The position numbers and the translations under genes were made by a program. DNA of 64,000 bases, taken from an uncultured delta proteobacterium (GTDB lineage: Bacteria; Desulfobacterota; Binatia; UBA9968). This document shows positions 30,488-39,998 of this stretch, piece after piece. The notes beneath the pieces are model-generated. The model saw nothing but the letters and a program-made list of their open reading frames with translations. It had not been told where the DNA came from and searched no databases. Every line of letters begins with the position of its first letter. Within the stretch, counting starts at the first letter, position 1. The DNA is taken from NCBI GenBank assembly GCA_963727625.1, contig CAVSHR010000002.1, forward strand, positions 96,001-160,000, read 5' to 3'.

Positions 30488-31669
30488 TTATTTCTGCCTC
30501 GACTCCCAGAGTTTCCTGATCCATTTCTGGGCTTCTTCCTGCTTCGCACCCATGCCGGGATCGGCATCGGGAAACGCGTATTCTTTCCCCGGCTCGCGCC
30601 GTTGATCGGGCGACACTTCGCCGAACGGAATATCGGTGCGCAGCGACGAGCGGTCGATGGCCGGAATCATCGTATGGGTCAGCGTCTGGCCTTCTTTGGA
30701 AAGAAACCAGTTGACAAACAGCTTCGCCGCGTTCGGATGGGGCGCCTTGGCAAACACGGAAATGCAGCAGCCGGAGCCGCCGGCGCGAACCAAGCCAACT
30801 TTTTTGGGCAAGAAGACTTGTTTGATCGGCAAGCCCTTTTTTGCCAGCCGGTTATATTGCTCGGTCCCGGTGGCGACCGCCTGAAGCGGATAGCGGCCGC
30901 TGACCAGCCAGGTTTCGAGGATGCGCCGGTCATCGGTGAAGGTGATTCCGGCGTCCAGCAGGTACGTGCGCACCCATTCCGGCCCGCGGTCTGGCTCGAA
31001 ATAGCTGTCGATCATCTGGCGTATTCCCGAAGGGTCGCCCATGCCTTGAGCCGCGATCTTGCCTTTCCAGCGCGGATCGAAGAAGTCCGTTTGTTTTTTG
31101 ATAGCGGCCATCTCGGCGGCCGTGATCTTGTCCGTGTTGTACCAGGACTCGTATTGGTCTTCCTTCGTTACATGGTAGATGAATGTAAACTTTGAAAACT
31201 TGTCCGCGTACCAATACCGGCCGAGATACCAAGCGGACTTGTCGAGCACTTCCGGATGAATGAGCAACGGGGCAAACGGCACCAGGGATTCCGACGGAAC
31301 CAGCCGCTGGTTGTTGACTCGGGAGCTGATCAGCGCGACGTCGACGGTGAATTTGCCGGCCTTGCGCTCTGCAAGCACCCGGTTGATGGTCGTCGTCGCG
31401 TTACCCGTGGCAACTTCGACTTTAATCCCGAATTTCTTTGTAAACGCGGCCATGATCGGCCGGTATTGGCGCGAGGGCGCGCCGCCGGACGCGACCGAAA
31501 GCGTGCCTTCTTGCTTGGCGGCGTCGATCAACTTGGACCACTCCTGTTCGAAGTTACCCGGTACCGCGGCGCCGCTGGCCGCTGCCGGGAAAAAGGCCCA
31601 GAGGGCGAGTAGAACCAAAATCGCTGCGACGCGATTACCTGCGAAGCCAAATCTTCCCGCTTTTTCCAT
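30488..31669 (-). CDS. ABC extracellular solute-binding protein (Fe3+/thiamine/polyamine family)
   Basis: Signal peptide, AAKQEG, DPRWKGKI, APHPNAAKLFVNWFLSKEGQ. Confidence 0.85.
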   Translation of the reverse strand: MEKAGRFGFAGNRVAAILVLLALWAFFPAAASGAAVPGNFEQEWSKLIDAAKQEGTLSVASGGAPSRQYRPIMAAFTKKFGIKVEVATGNATTTINRVLAERKAGKFTVDVALISSRVNNQRLVPSESLVPFAPLLIHPEVLDKSAWYLGRYWYADKFSKFTFIYHVTKEDQYESWYNTDKITAAEMAAIKKQTDFFDPRWKGKIAAQGMGDPSGIRQMIDSYFEPDRGPEWVRTYLLDAGITFTDDRRILETWLVSGRYPLQAVATGTEQYNRLAKKGLPIKQVFLPKKVGLVRAGGSGCCISVFAKAPHPNAAKLFVNWFLSKEGQTLTHTMIPAIDRSSLRTDIPFGEVSPDQRREPGKEYAFPDADPGMGAKQEEAQKWIRKLWESRQK

Positions 31670-31688
31670 TATATAGGTCCTCCCTTTG

Positions 31689-32882
31689 TCAGCATTCTGC
31701 TTTGTGCGACCAGTCCGACGACCACGCGCTGTGGCCATCGGGCCGGAGCTTGAGCCAAACTTTGTTGCCTTCTTCGATCGGTTCATGGCGCTCGCCGTAG
31801 ATGAAGATCAAACCCTGGCCGTCCACTTCGACTTGATACTCGATGCGTTCGCCGACGAAGAGCGCCGCTTCGACCTTCCCGCCGATCATCCCCGACGGCG
31901 CTTCGGCACTGGGAGCCGCCTGGATCTCCACATCCTCGGGCCGGACTCCGATGTAGACGGATTCGCCCGCTGTTACACCGGCGGGGTCGTAGCTGCGCCC
32001 GAAAACCACGCAGTCGCGCGCTCCCTCCAGAGCGATGGCGATCATGCCGGACGGGTTGCCGCTTTGCACCTTGCCTTTAAAGAGCAGGGTCCGGCCGACG
32101 AAGTCGCGCACAAACTCGTTGACCGGCGCCTCATAGAGCAGCCGCGGGTCGCCTTGCTGTTGGACGACGCCGAAGTTCATCAGGGCAATCCGATTGGACA
32201 GACTGAGCGCCTCGACTTGATCGTGGGTGACGAAGAGCATGGCGATGTTGAGCCGCTTTTGTAAAAGCTTGAGGCCGATGCGCATTTGCTCGCGGAGCTT
32301 GGCGTCGAGGTTGCTGAACGGCTCATCGAGCAACAGCACGCGCGGCTCGGTCACCAGGGCGCGGGCAAAGGCGACCCGCTGTTGTTGCCCGCCGCTCAAC
32401 AGCGGGCCGGGACGGTTTTCGAAGCCGGACAAACCGACTAAATCGAGAGCGCGTAGGACGCGCTCGTTGATTTCCTTTTTCGGGAAGCGGCGCGCCTTGA
32501 GCGGGAAAGCGACGTTTTCCGCCACCGTCATATGCGGCCAGATGGCATAGGATTGAAACACCATGCCAACGTTGCGTTTGTCGGGCGATAGGCAAAGCCG
32601 TTCGGCGCTCATCACCACTGCCTGCTCGCCGAAAAAAATATCGCCGGCGTCGGGAGTTTCCAGGCCGGCCACCATGCGCAGCGTGGTCGTCTTGCCGCAG
32701 CCGCTCGGGCCGAGCAGAGTGAGAATCTCGCCGTCGTGAACATCGAGGGAAAGATCGGTGACCGCCGGCTTGGCGTTGCCAGGATAGGTTTTCCATAAAC
32801 CCTTCAGGCTCACGGCGATCTTGCTCGTCGGTTCGGTCGCTGACTCAGCGGAGGCTGCTAATCGTGGGGCGGCGAAAGACAT
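31689..32882 (-). CDS. ABC transporter ATP-binding protein with TOBE domain
   Basis: GPSGCGKTT, LSGGQQQRVA, LLLDEP, VTHDQ. Confidence 0.93.
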   Translation of the reverse strand: MSFAAPRLAASAESATEPTSKIAVSLKGLWKTYPGNAKPAVTDLSLDVHDGEILTLLGPSGCGKTTTLRMVAGLETPDAGDIFFGEQAVVMSAERLCLSPDKRNVGMVFQSYAIWPHMTVAENVAFPLKARRFPKKEINERVLRALDLVGLSGFENRPGPLLSGGQQQRVAFARALVTEPRVLLLDEPFSNLDAKLREQMRIGLKLLQKRLNIAMLFVTHDQVEALSLSNRIALMNFGVVQQQGDPRLLYEAPVNEFVRDFVGRTLLFKGKVQSGNPSGMIAIALEGARDCVVFGRSYDPAGVTAGESVYIGVRPEDVEIQAAPSAEAPSGMIGGKVEAALFVGERIEYQVEVDGQGLIFIYGERHEPIEEGNKVWLKLRPDGHSAWSSDWSHKAEC

Positions 32883-32943
32883 GCTGCTGTTTTTCTTACA
32901 CGAAACTTGAATTTGACTCTATAGGGTTGGGCTGCCCGGACAA

Positions 32944-32970
32944 CAAAAAAAGGCACGGCGTGCCGTGCCT
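32944..32970 (-). terminator. Intrinsic terminator (REP-derived hairpin)
   Basis: AGGCACGG/CCGTGCCT stem followed on the minus strand by a T-run, downstream of 33021-34055. Confidence 0.65.
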
Positions 32971-33020
32971 CTACAGTGCGTTGCGGCCGATGAACTTTCG
33001 TTAGGTGATTTTCGCGCTGT

Positions 33021-34055
33021 TCAAAACCCTCTGGCTTCTTCTTTCATATAAAAGCCGAGTTTTTTCATTGCCGGCCAGTCGTCGATGGAAAAAAGAATTG
33101 TGTCGTCGTCGTTGGTGTTCTCGTGATGGTGCCAAGTCCAGGCCGGCACGGCAAAGATGTCGCCCTTGCCGTATGCTAAACGCTCGCCCTCGATGACCAC
33201 CGCTCCTTGGCCTTCGAATGCGAAGTAAAAGGTCGTGCTGTTGTGCCGGTGCGCCAGGGTCTTCTGTTTTTTCGATAACAATTGCGTCTGCCAAGCGATG
33301 GTCGGCAGCGTCGGACCGCCGTCCACGGGACCGGCGAGCATGATCATGACTCCATCATAAGGATCGCTCTCGCGGTTTTCTCTGAGCGCCATCAGCGCGC
33401 CGTAAGTATCGCCCCACGCATAGCGCATCGGCGGCAGTGGAAACGGCGCTTCATTCGCGATCGGCCGGGCCAAGCCAAGCGTGCGCTGGCCGTACGCCGC
33501 CGGTTTTCTAATCTCTTCGTGCGGCTCGTCGTTGGGCATGCGCTCGTTGATGTTGACGTTCGGATTGTAGCCGTTGTCGTAACCGTCGATCCAGATCGCC
33601 GGCGTGGTGTCCTTGTTCCAGTGGTCGTGAAAGGTCCAAGCCGGGCTGATGATCACGTCGCCACGCTCCATCGGATAGGCTTCGTACTCGCAGACAAAGA
33701 CCGCGTCCTTGGGCGCCTGGCAAACCAGCCGTGTTTCACTGCGCAAATTGCGGTGCGCTTGGGTGCGCTCGCCGGGCATTAATATCTGCGCGTTCATCCA
33801 GATGGGAAATCGCTTTGCTTCGATGCCGACCACGGAGCGCATGCCGGTCATGCCGTTGGGCCCGACGGTGACGATCTCGCCCGAGCGCATCAGGCCGCGG
33901 TAGATGCCGTCCCAGCCCCAGTGTGCTGCGGTGTTGCCCTGGCGTGGCATCGCGTGCCCGTCGCGCCTCAGCCCCGCGCCGACGAGGTGGTGCTCGCCGA
34001 GAAACCGCTCCAGATCTTCATGGGTGGTGCCGACGTCGCTCATCGATTGCTCCAT
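33021..34055 (-). CDS. Gentisate 1,2-dioxygenase-like bicupin
   Basis: QILMPGERTQAHR, PAWTFHDH, GGPTLPTI, HRHNSTT, VPAWTWHHHEN. Confidence 0.8.
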   Translation of the reverse strand: MEQSMSDVGTTHEDLERFLGEHHLVGAGLRRDGHAMPRQGNTAAHWGWDGIYRGLMRSGEIVTVGPNGMTGMRSVVGIEAKRFPIWMNAQILMPGERTQAHRNLRSETRLVCQAPKDAVFVCEYEAYPMERGDVIISPAWTFHDHWNKDTTPAIWIDGYDNGYNPNVNINERMPNDEPHEEIRKPAAYGQRTLGLARPIANEAPFPLPPMRYAWGDTYGALMALRENRESDPYDGVMIMLAGPVDGGPTLPTIAWQTQLLSKKQKTLAHRHNSTTFYFAFEGQGAVVIEGERLAYGKGDIFAVPAWTWHHHENTNDDDTILFSIDDWPAMKKLGFYMKEEARGF

Positions 34056-34061
34056 AATACT

Positions 34062-34155
34062 GAACCTTCCGAGCCGATTGGAACCGTCGGAACTTTTGGA
34101 ACCATTGGAACGGTTCCAGGTGTTCCAAACGCTCCAATGGCTCCAGGTGTTTTCG
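34062..34155. repeat. Inverted 9-bp-period repeat element
   Basis: gattggaac cgtcggaac ttttggaac cattggaac g gttccaggt gttccaaac gctccaatg gctccagg. Confidence 0.75.
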
Positions 34156-34161
34156 GATCAT

Positions 34162-35316
34162 TCACTGGTCCAGATGAAAGTATCGCACACAGTTATCGAC
34201 CAGCATGGCGCGCAGTTCGTTTTCCGGCACGCCGGCGAAGTCCTCCGCCAGATACTTTTGCGAGTTGGGGTAATCGCTCGCCGCATGGGCGAAGTCGGTG
34301 CCCCACATGATCTTGTCGTAGCCGATCGCCGCGCGCCGTTTGATGCCCACGGGATCGCGGAGAAAGCCCCAGTAGTTACGTTCCTTCAAGTACTCGCTCG
34401 GCTTGCGCTCCAACCTGGGCAGCCCCCACGCTTCATGGATCATGCCCATGTAACGTTGGTAATGATCATCGACTTGCCACAGGCCGTATTCAAACCAGCC
34501 GATCATGGTTTCCGCCCAGTAGAACTCGAGTTTGGGAAAACGATCCCACACTCCCGCGAAGGCCATCTGCAGCGGCGCGGTCATCGCATCGTTGGTGAAG
34601 CGGGTGAAGAACTTGAACGCGTCTTTCTGATGCACGTCGTGGCCGGGATCCTTCGAATAAAGATAATCAGGCTCGCCTTTGCCGGAACCCATGTTGCCGT
34701 TGTTGTGGTTGGTGAGCGCGATGCCGAGATCAATCGCCGCCGCCCAGAACTTATCGTCTTCCATGGTCGGATAACTCTTGCCGCTTGGGTAGCGGTCGAG
34801 TTTCACACCCTTCATGCCGAGCTTGGCGCAGTGTTTCATTTCTGTAATCGCGTCGTCGACGTTGGTAGTCGGCAAGGTGCCCATGCAAACCAGCCGATCC
34901 GGCGCGGGGGCCATATACTCTTTGGCAAGAAACTCGTTATAGGCGCGGATGCAGTCGCGATAAAGATCGTCATCCTTGGTTTGGCGCAAAACGAAGGTGA
35001 TTTGCGAAAATAGCACTTCGCAATCGATGCCATCCTGGTCCTGTTCGGCCAAGCGCTGCTCGGGTGACCCTGTGCCGGCGCAGGTTTCGAAAGTCGGTAC
35101 CTGCTTGGCGAGGTCGGCGTGGGCGACCCGCACGCTGCGGGTAATGCCGATGGTATTCGGCTTGCCACCGTCGATGACCACGGCGTCGGAGCCGTTCGGC
35201 ATCTTGACCCGCTTGGGTGCGCGGTCGCGATATTTTGCTTGGACGCGGTCGCGCCAAATGTCGGGGTTGAAATCGATGTGACCATCGCCGGAGATGCATT
35301 TATACTGACGAACCAT
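34162..35316 (-). CDS. Amidohydrolase family (Amidohydro_2) protein
   Basis: ISGDGHID, EQDQDGI, WGTDFAH. Confidence 0.85.
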   Translation of the reverse strand: MVRQYKCISGDGHIDFNPDIWRDRVQAKYRDRAPKRVKMPNGSDAVVIDGGKPNTIGITRSVRVAHADLAKQVPTFETCAGTGSPEQRLAEQDQDGIDCEVLFSQITFVLRQTKDDDLYRDCIRAYNEFLAKEYMAPAPDRLVCMGTLPTTNVDDAITEMKHCAKLGMKGVKLDRYPSGKSYPTMEDDKFWAAAIDLGIALTNHNNGNMGSGKGEPDYLYSKDPGHDVHQKDAFKFFTRFTNDAMTAPLQMAFAGVWDRFPKLEFYWAETMIGWFEYGLWQVDDHYQRYMGMIHEAWGLPRLERKPSEYLKERNYWGFLRDPVGIKRRAAIGYDKIMWGTDFAHAASDYPNSQKYLAEDFAGVPENELRAMLVDNCVRYFHLDQ

Positions 35317-35370
35317 TTCCTCAGTCCTTTCGGGGTTCCATTGTTATTTTTAGATTGACTATCGCTGCTC

Positions 35371-36330
35371 TTACACCGCGGCTTTTTTCATCGGCGCAGG
35401 CGTGAGGGCGGCAAGCTCGTCGAGGAAGCGTTTCATATTTTCTTCGTAGAGCTTCATATGTTCCGCCGAGAGCGGCTTGGTCGGCCAGCGCGGATATTCT
35501 TTTACTGTCAGGCCGCGCAGGCGCAGCCCCTCGAGCGTGATCCGCCGGCCGTAGGCCCGGATCGGCGCGATCCGTTCGCCATGCTGGAGCAGCAAGACCT
35601 GGATTTTCTGCGCTCGGTCTAAGTCATTGGCCCAGATTGCTTCGATCAGCTGCACGCCCGCCTCCGGCACGGTCACGGGCGATCCGGCAGCGATACTCCC
35701 GGCGACGCCGATCAACATGCCCGGCAACATCTGCGTGATCGGGATGAAGATTACAAACTCACGGGAGAGCACGCGCAGGTAGTTGACGGCAAGGTCGATG
35801 TTTCCCATCGCCAGTTTGGCGGCGAAGATGTTGGGCATCTCGTCGCGCATTTTCTTCATCATCGCCGGCGGGATCGGATAGCCGGAGTATTCCGGATTGT
35901 TGTAGAGCAGGACAGGCATGTTCACTTCTTTGTCGACCATTTTGTAATGTTCGATCAGCTCCCATTCGTTGCGGTCGCTGTAGTAGTAGGGACCGACGAT
36001 GCCGACCGCATCGGCGCCGATCTGCTTGGCGTGATGGCCGAGTTCGATGCTGGTGTAGGGCTCCACCGCTCCGATCTGGACGATGCAAGGGACCCGTTTG
36101 TTGACCCGCTTGACCACGGTCTCGGCGATCACTTTGCGTTGCTCGATCGTGGTCGCCGGGCCCTGGCCTTGGGAGCCGAGGATGAAAAAGCCGTGCACGC
36201 CGGCGTCGAGATACCAGTCGGCGAGCTTTTCCATCATCGACAGATCGGGTTCGCCTTTGCCGTCGAACACCGCCGGGATCGGCATGATCAGTCCTTTTAC
36301 GGTCCTTTTGAGTTCAGCTACGGTTGCCAT
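35371..36330 (-). CDS. Dihydrodipicolinate synthase/N-acetylneuraminate lyase-family aldolase
   Basis: GVHGFFILGSQGQ, LLYNNP, Schiff-base Lys in IFAAKLA. Confidence 0.85.
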   Translation of the reverse strand: MATVAELKRTVKGLIMPIPAVFDGKGEPDLSMMEKLADWYLDAGVHGFFILGSQGQGPATTIEQRKVIAETVVKRVNKRVPCIVQIGAVEPYTSIELGHHAKQIGADAVGIVGPYYYSDRNEWELIEHYKMVDKEVNMPVLLYNNPEYSGYPIPPAMMKKMRDEMPNIFAAKLAMGNIDLAVNYLRVLSREFVIFIPITQMLPGMLIGVAGSIAAGSPVTVPEAGVQLIEAIWANDLDRAQKIQVLLLQHGERIAPIRAYGRRITLEGLRLRGLTVKEYPRWPTKPLSAEHMKLYEENMKRFLDELAALTPAPMKKAAV

Positions 36331-36374
36331 GAATTTCTCCTTGTTTCTTGGTTGCGAATGACTCCGCTATTTTC

Positions 36375-37436
36375 TCAGGCCGATTCTTCGCGGAACAGTC
36401 CCAAGCTTTCGAGCACCGGCCGGTCGGTGACGGAAAAAATAATCGCCGGCTCTTTTTTCGACTTGTTTTCGAAATGATGCCAATTCCACGATGGCACGTA
36501 AAAGCAATCATGCCCGCCCCAAGCCAATTCCTTGGCGGCGCTGCGGGATTGACCGACCGAAGTAACGCCCTGGCCTTGAACGACATGGTAGATGGTGCTG
36601 CTGGTGTGGCGGTGCGGCGTGGTGCTCTCACCCGGCGGGATCATCTGCGCCCAGCAGCCGATGGTCGGCATGGTCGGCCCGCCGGTGAGCGGGTGGGCGT
36701 ACTCGAGCAAGACGCCGTCGTTCGGATGGCGCTCGCTTGCCGCCGCTACTTCGTTCAGTGCGTGTAGAGTATCGCGCCATTTATATTTGTACGGCAAGGC
36801 GGCTTTGCTGACGCTCGTCATACGCGGACGGACTGCGCCATACTGTTGTTTGCAATACCCGTCGCGCTTGATAATCGGCTGGGCCGGGCCTTCACCGTAA
36901 TTTTCGTGGAACACGGCGTCGAGATGGTTGGACAAATGGGAATCCAGCACGTCGAGCCAGACCAAATTGCTCTTGCCCGCGTTATAATGATCATGCCAGG
37001 TCCAATTGGGCGTCAGAACCAAATCGCCGGGCTCCATCAGCATCTCTTCGCCTTCGACGTTGGTGTAGCCTATGCCGTCTCCTTCGACGACGAAGCGCAG
37101 CGCCGCTGCGGTGTGGCGGTGACATTCGGCGCGTTCCCCTGGTTTGACCAGCTGGATCGACATCTGCAACGTGCGCGAGGTGGCTTTCTTGTCGGTGAGC
37201 GCCGGATTGACGAGCTGGACCGTGCGCCGTTTCGCGGCATCGTCGATACCGCCCAATTTGACGACCTCGCCGGACTCCATCAAACATGAATGAATTGCCG
37301 ACCAAGGCCAGACATAGGGCACGAGGTCGGGATTTTTCGCGCGCGTTTGCCAGTGTCCGCCAAGCGAATGCTGCGCCAGGCGGGCATGAAGCGCCTTCAG
37401 TTCCGGGGTTTCGGGTACGGCGTGAGGGTCACTCAT
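36375..37436 (-). CDS. Gentisate/1-hydroxy-2-naphthoate 1,2-dioxygenase-like bicupin
   Basis: RRTVQLVNP, HRHTAAALRFVVEG, TPNWTWHDH, GGPTMPTI, HRHTSSTIYHV. Confidence 0.85.
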   Translation of the reverse strand: MSDPHAVPETPELKALHARLAQHSLGGHWQTRAKNPDLVPYVWPWSAIHSCLMESGEVVKLGGIDDAAKRRTVQLVNPALTDKKATSRTLQMSIQLVKPGERAECHRHTAAALRFVVEGDGIGYTNVEGEEMLMEPGDLVLTPNWTWHDHYNAGKSNLVWLDVLDSHLSNHLDAVFHENYGEGPAQPIIKRDGYCKQQYGAVRPRMTSVSKAALPYKYKWRDTLHALNEVAAASERHPNDGVLLEYAHPLTGGPTMPTIGCWAQMIPPGESTTPHRHTSSTIYHVVQGQGVTSVGQSRSAAKELAWGGHDCFYVPSWNWHHFENKSKKEPAIIFSVTDRPVLESLGLFREESA

Positions 37437-37596
37437 GGTTGGTCTCCGATCGGTCAATCGATAAATCCACGGGGCTCGACGGTAGGTGGCCGCACGATTC
37501 AACGGGTCAGTGCTTACTGTCAACTTCAATTCGCTAACAGTTCGGAAGGGATCTTGTCAAATAGATAAGCTGATTGTTAGTATTCACGAAACAAAT

Positions 37597-38544
37597 ATGA
37601 TCGATCTACACAAATTGCGCATCTTCTGCGCCATCGTCGACAGCCAGAGTTTCTCAGTCGCGGCAAGCGAGTTGCGCTTGTCCCAGCCGGTGATCAGCAA
37701 CCACATGCGCCACCTGGAGAGCGCCACCGGCATGGCGCTGATCGACCGGAGCAAACGCCCCGTCGGTCCCACCGAAGCCGGCAAGCTGCTCTACGACAGC
37801 GCGAAAAGGCTCTTGAGCGACATGAATGAAGTCGAAATGCTGGTTGCCGAACTCAAGAGCAATAGCGGCGGCCGCGGCGAGGTGGTGATCAGTGCCATGG
37901 GCATGCTCGGCAGCGCGGTGGTGCCGCCCCTGGTGGCGCGTTTCCGCGAGCTACACCCAAGAACGGAGTTCCACGTGATCGTCGGCAGCTCGCGCGACGT
38001 GACCAGCCAGACGCTTTCCGGTTTGTGCCATTTCGGTTTGCTGATCTCGGAGAAGCCGCCGCCGTTGCTGGCATCGCGATCGGCCGGGCCCATTGAGCTG
38101 GTCATCGTTGCGGCGAGCGATGGTCAGGGCGCGGTAAAGCCGCGATCGGCGGTCGAGCTCATCAAGCAGAAGGGGCTGGCAGTGCCTTCCAAGAAGATGC
38201 AGTTTCTCGCCGTGCTGGAAAAGATGCTCAAAAGACGCGGCGTCAGCAACCCGCCGGTGCGCTACGACGTGGGCAGTTGGGAGGCCGCCAAGGTCACGGT
38301 TTTGCGCGGCTCGGGGGTGACCATCCTGCCGCGCCAGTGGGTCGCTGAAGAGATCGCGCGCGGCCAACTGCAAGAAATAAAGCTGGAAGGCGAGCGGCTG
38401 TGCGCCCCGGTGTTTATCATCCAGAAGCCGCGCAAACCGTTTCCGCCGGCCGTGCGCCGTTTCCGCGATTTTCTCATCGATGAACTTTCCGCCGCGTCCC
38501 GCGAAACGAATCAACCTGCGGGGAGCCACGTGGCGAATTCGTAA
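37597..38544 (+). CDS. LysR family regulator (CysL-like)
   Basis: IDLHKLRIF, SFSVAASELRLSQPVIS; divergent from dioxygenase operon. Confidence 0.88.
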   Translation: MIDLHKLRIFCAIVDSQSFSVAASELRLSQPVISNHMRHLESATGMALIDRSKRPVGPTEAGKLLYDSAKRLLSDMNEVEMLVAELKSNSGGRGEVVISAMGMLGSAVVPPLVARFRELHPRTEFHVIVGSSRDVTSQTLSGLCHFGLLISEKPPPLLASRSAGPIELVIVAASDGQGAVKPRSAVELIKQKGLAVPSKKMQFLAVLEKMLKRRGVSNPPVRYDVGSWEAAKVTVLRGSGVTILPRQWVAEEIARGQLQEIKLEGERLCAPVFIIQKPRKPFPPAVRRFRDFLIDELSAASRETNQPAGSHVANS

Positions 38545-38722
38545 GTTCCGGTTTCATTCGCAAATCCCGACTGGAGCTTTCCCAGAGCGGACAACCGCTA
38601 GGCAGTTGACGGCGAGCGCCGCGGGGCTCGATTCCTTTGCTGCCGGCTCTTTTAGTGATAAGAGCTGAATGCGCTTCACGTGTTTTCAGCACGAAAATCA
38701 AAATCGATCAGGAGAAACGATC

Positions 38723-39673
38723 ATGGCCAATCCAAAACTCAAATTTTACTTTCGCGAGCCGACCATCGACACCAACATGCCGATCACCGATGGCACGGTG
38801 AAGCTCGACGGCTTCGAGTGGGAATTCGTCCCCAACGAAGAGGGGTGCGACGCCTGGGATTGCGGCTTCGCCGCGAGGGTGCGCGCTTACGTTCAGGGAG
38901 CGGCGCATATTTCCATTCCGGCATTTCCCAACCGTAAGTTTCGCCTGGCTTACATTTTCGTTAACAGCAAGGCCGGCATCGAGAGCGCGAAGGGTCTGGA
39001 GGGACGGCGCGTCGGCATCATGCAATGGGATAATACCGCCGGCGTCTGGGCGCGCGGCGCGCTGCAGCATTATTACGGCGTCGATCTCAAGCGGATCAAT
39101 TGGCTTGCGCCGCGAGTCAAGAAAGAAGGCGTCGTTGAAGGAATTCGCATCGAGAAGATCGAAGGCGGCGGCGATGCCGATCATTTATTGGACAACTTGC
39201 TGATCGAGGGAAAGATCGACGCGGTCATCGGCCCCAATTTGTTGCCGTCGATTTCGGCGCGGGATCCGCGCACACGCCGTTTGTTTCGCGACTACCGGAC
39301 CGAGGAGCAGAACTATTTTAGACAGACCGGGATCTTTCCCACCAGCCATATCGTGACCCTGAAACAGCCGTTCGTCGATCGCCATCCCGAGGCTCCGGTG
39401 GCACTCCTGAAGGCTTTCCGCAAGTCACGCGATATTGCTTTTGGACGCCTCGAAGGCTCCGACCCGCAGGTTATTGCGTATTCATGGGTTGCCGCCGCCG
39501 TCGCCGAGCAGCGCGAGCTCATGGGCGAAAATTATTGGGCTTACAACGTTGAGAAAAATAAGACGGTACTGGAAGCAATGACCCAGTACGCCCACGAGCA
39601 GGGATTGTCGCCGACGAGGATCGAGTATACAACGTTTTTTCATCCGGAAGCGGCAGGCTATCCCGGAGCCTAA
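38723..39673 (+). CDS. 4,5-dihydroxyphthalate decarboxylase-like protein (SBP fold)
   Basis: IPAFPNRKFR, LEGRRVG, TAGVWARG, TGIFPTSHIV, YAHEQGL; AGGAG RBS. Confidence 0.75.
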   Translation: MANPKLKFYFREPTIDTNMPITDGTVKLDGFEWEFVPNEEGCDAWDCGFAARVRAYVQGAAHISIPAFPNRKFRLAYIFVNSKAGIESAKGLEGRRVGIMQWDNTAGVWARGALQHYYGVDLKRINWLAPRVKKEGVVEGIRIEKIEGGGDADHLLDNLLIEGKIDAVIGPNLLPSISARDPRTRRLFRDYRTEEQNYFRQTGIFPTSHIVTLKQPFVDRHPEAPVALLKAFRKSRDIAFGRLEGSDPQVIAYSWVAAAVAEQRELMGENYWAYNVEKNKTVLEAMTQYAHEQGLSPTRIEYTTFFHPEAAGYPGA

Positions 39674-39679
39674 ATCGTG

Positions 39680-39894
39680 TCGGGGCACGCGCCGCATCCC
39701 AACGGAGCGGTCTTGTTTGGCGACTTTCTCTTCAGTCCGGAAGGTCAAAAATTCTCGAAAGTTTCGAATACGGCAGCGCGGTGAAGGAATATGGCTTCAA
39801 GCGATGGTCCATGAAAAAAGGCATGTCAATCGAACAGCTCGAGCGCGAAAGTGATCGCTGGGAAAAGGGGTTGCGCGATTTGGCCAGAAGGTAG
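39680..39894 (+). pseudogene. Orphan 3' fragment of extracellular solute-binding protein
   Basis: HAPHPNGAVLFGDFLFSPEGQK/ILESFEYGSA...DRWEKGLRDLARR*; one A missing in run near 39747. Confidence 0.7.
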
Positions 39895-39998
39895 CGTGGG
39901 TTAGCGCCCTGGTACATGAGAAATTTGCATCCGTCGAGTAAGTGTCATGAGCGGACAGCAGCGACTCAGAAAATGTTTTGTGATTCGGAGTCGCAGCG

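Noticed and set aside
30385-34155. Periodic repeats as a CRISPR array
   Set aside because: Units are 7-9 bp without unique 30-40 bp spacers, and no cas genes are present
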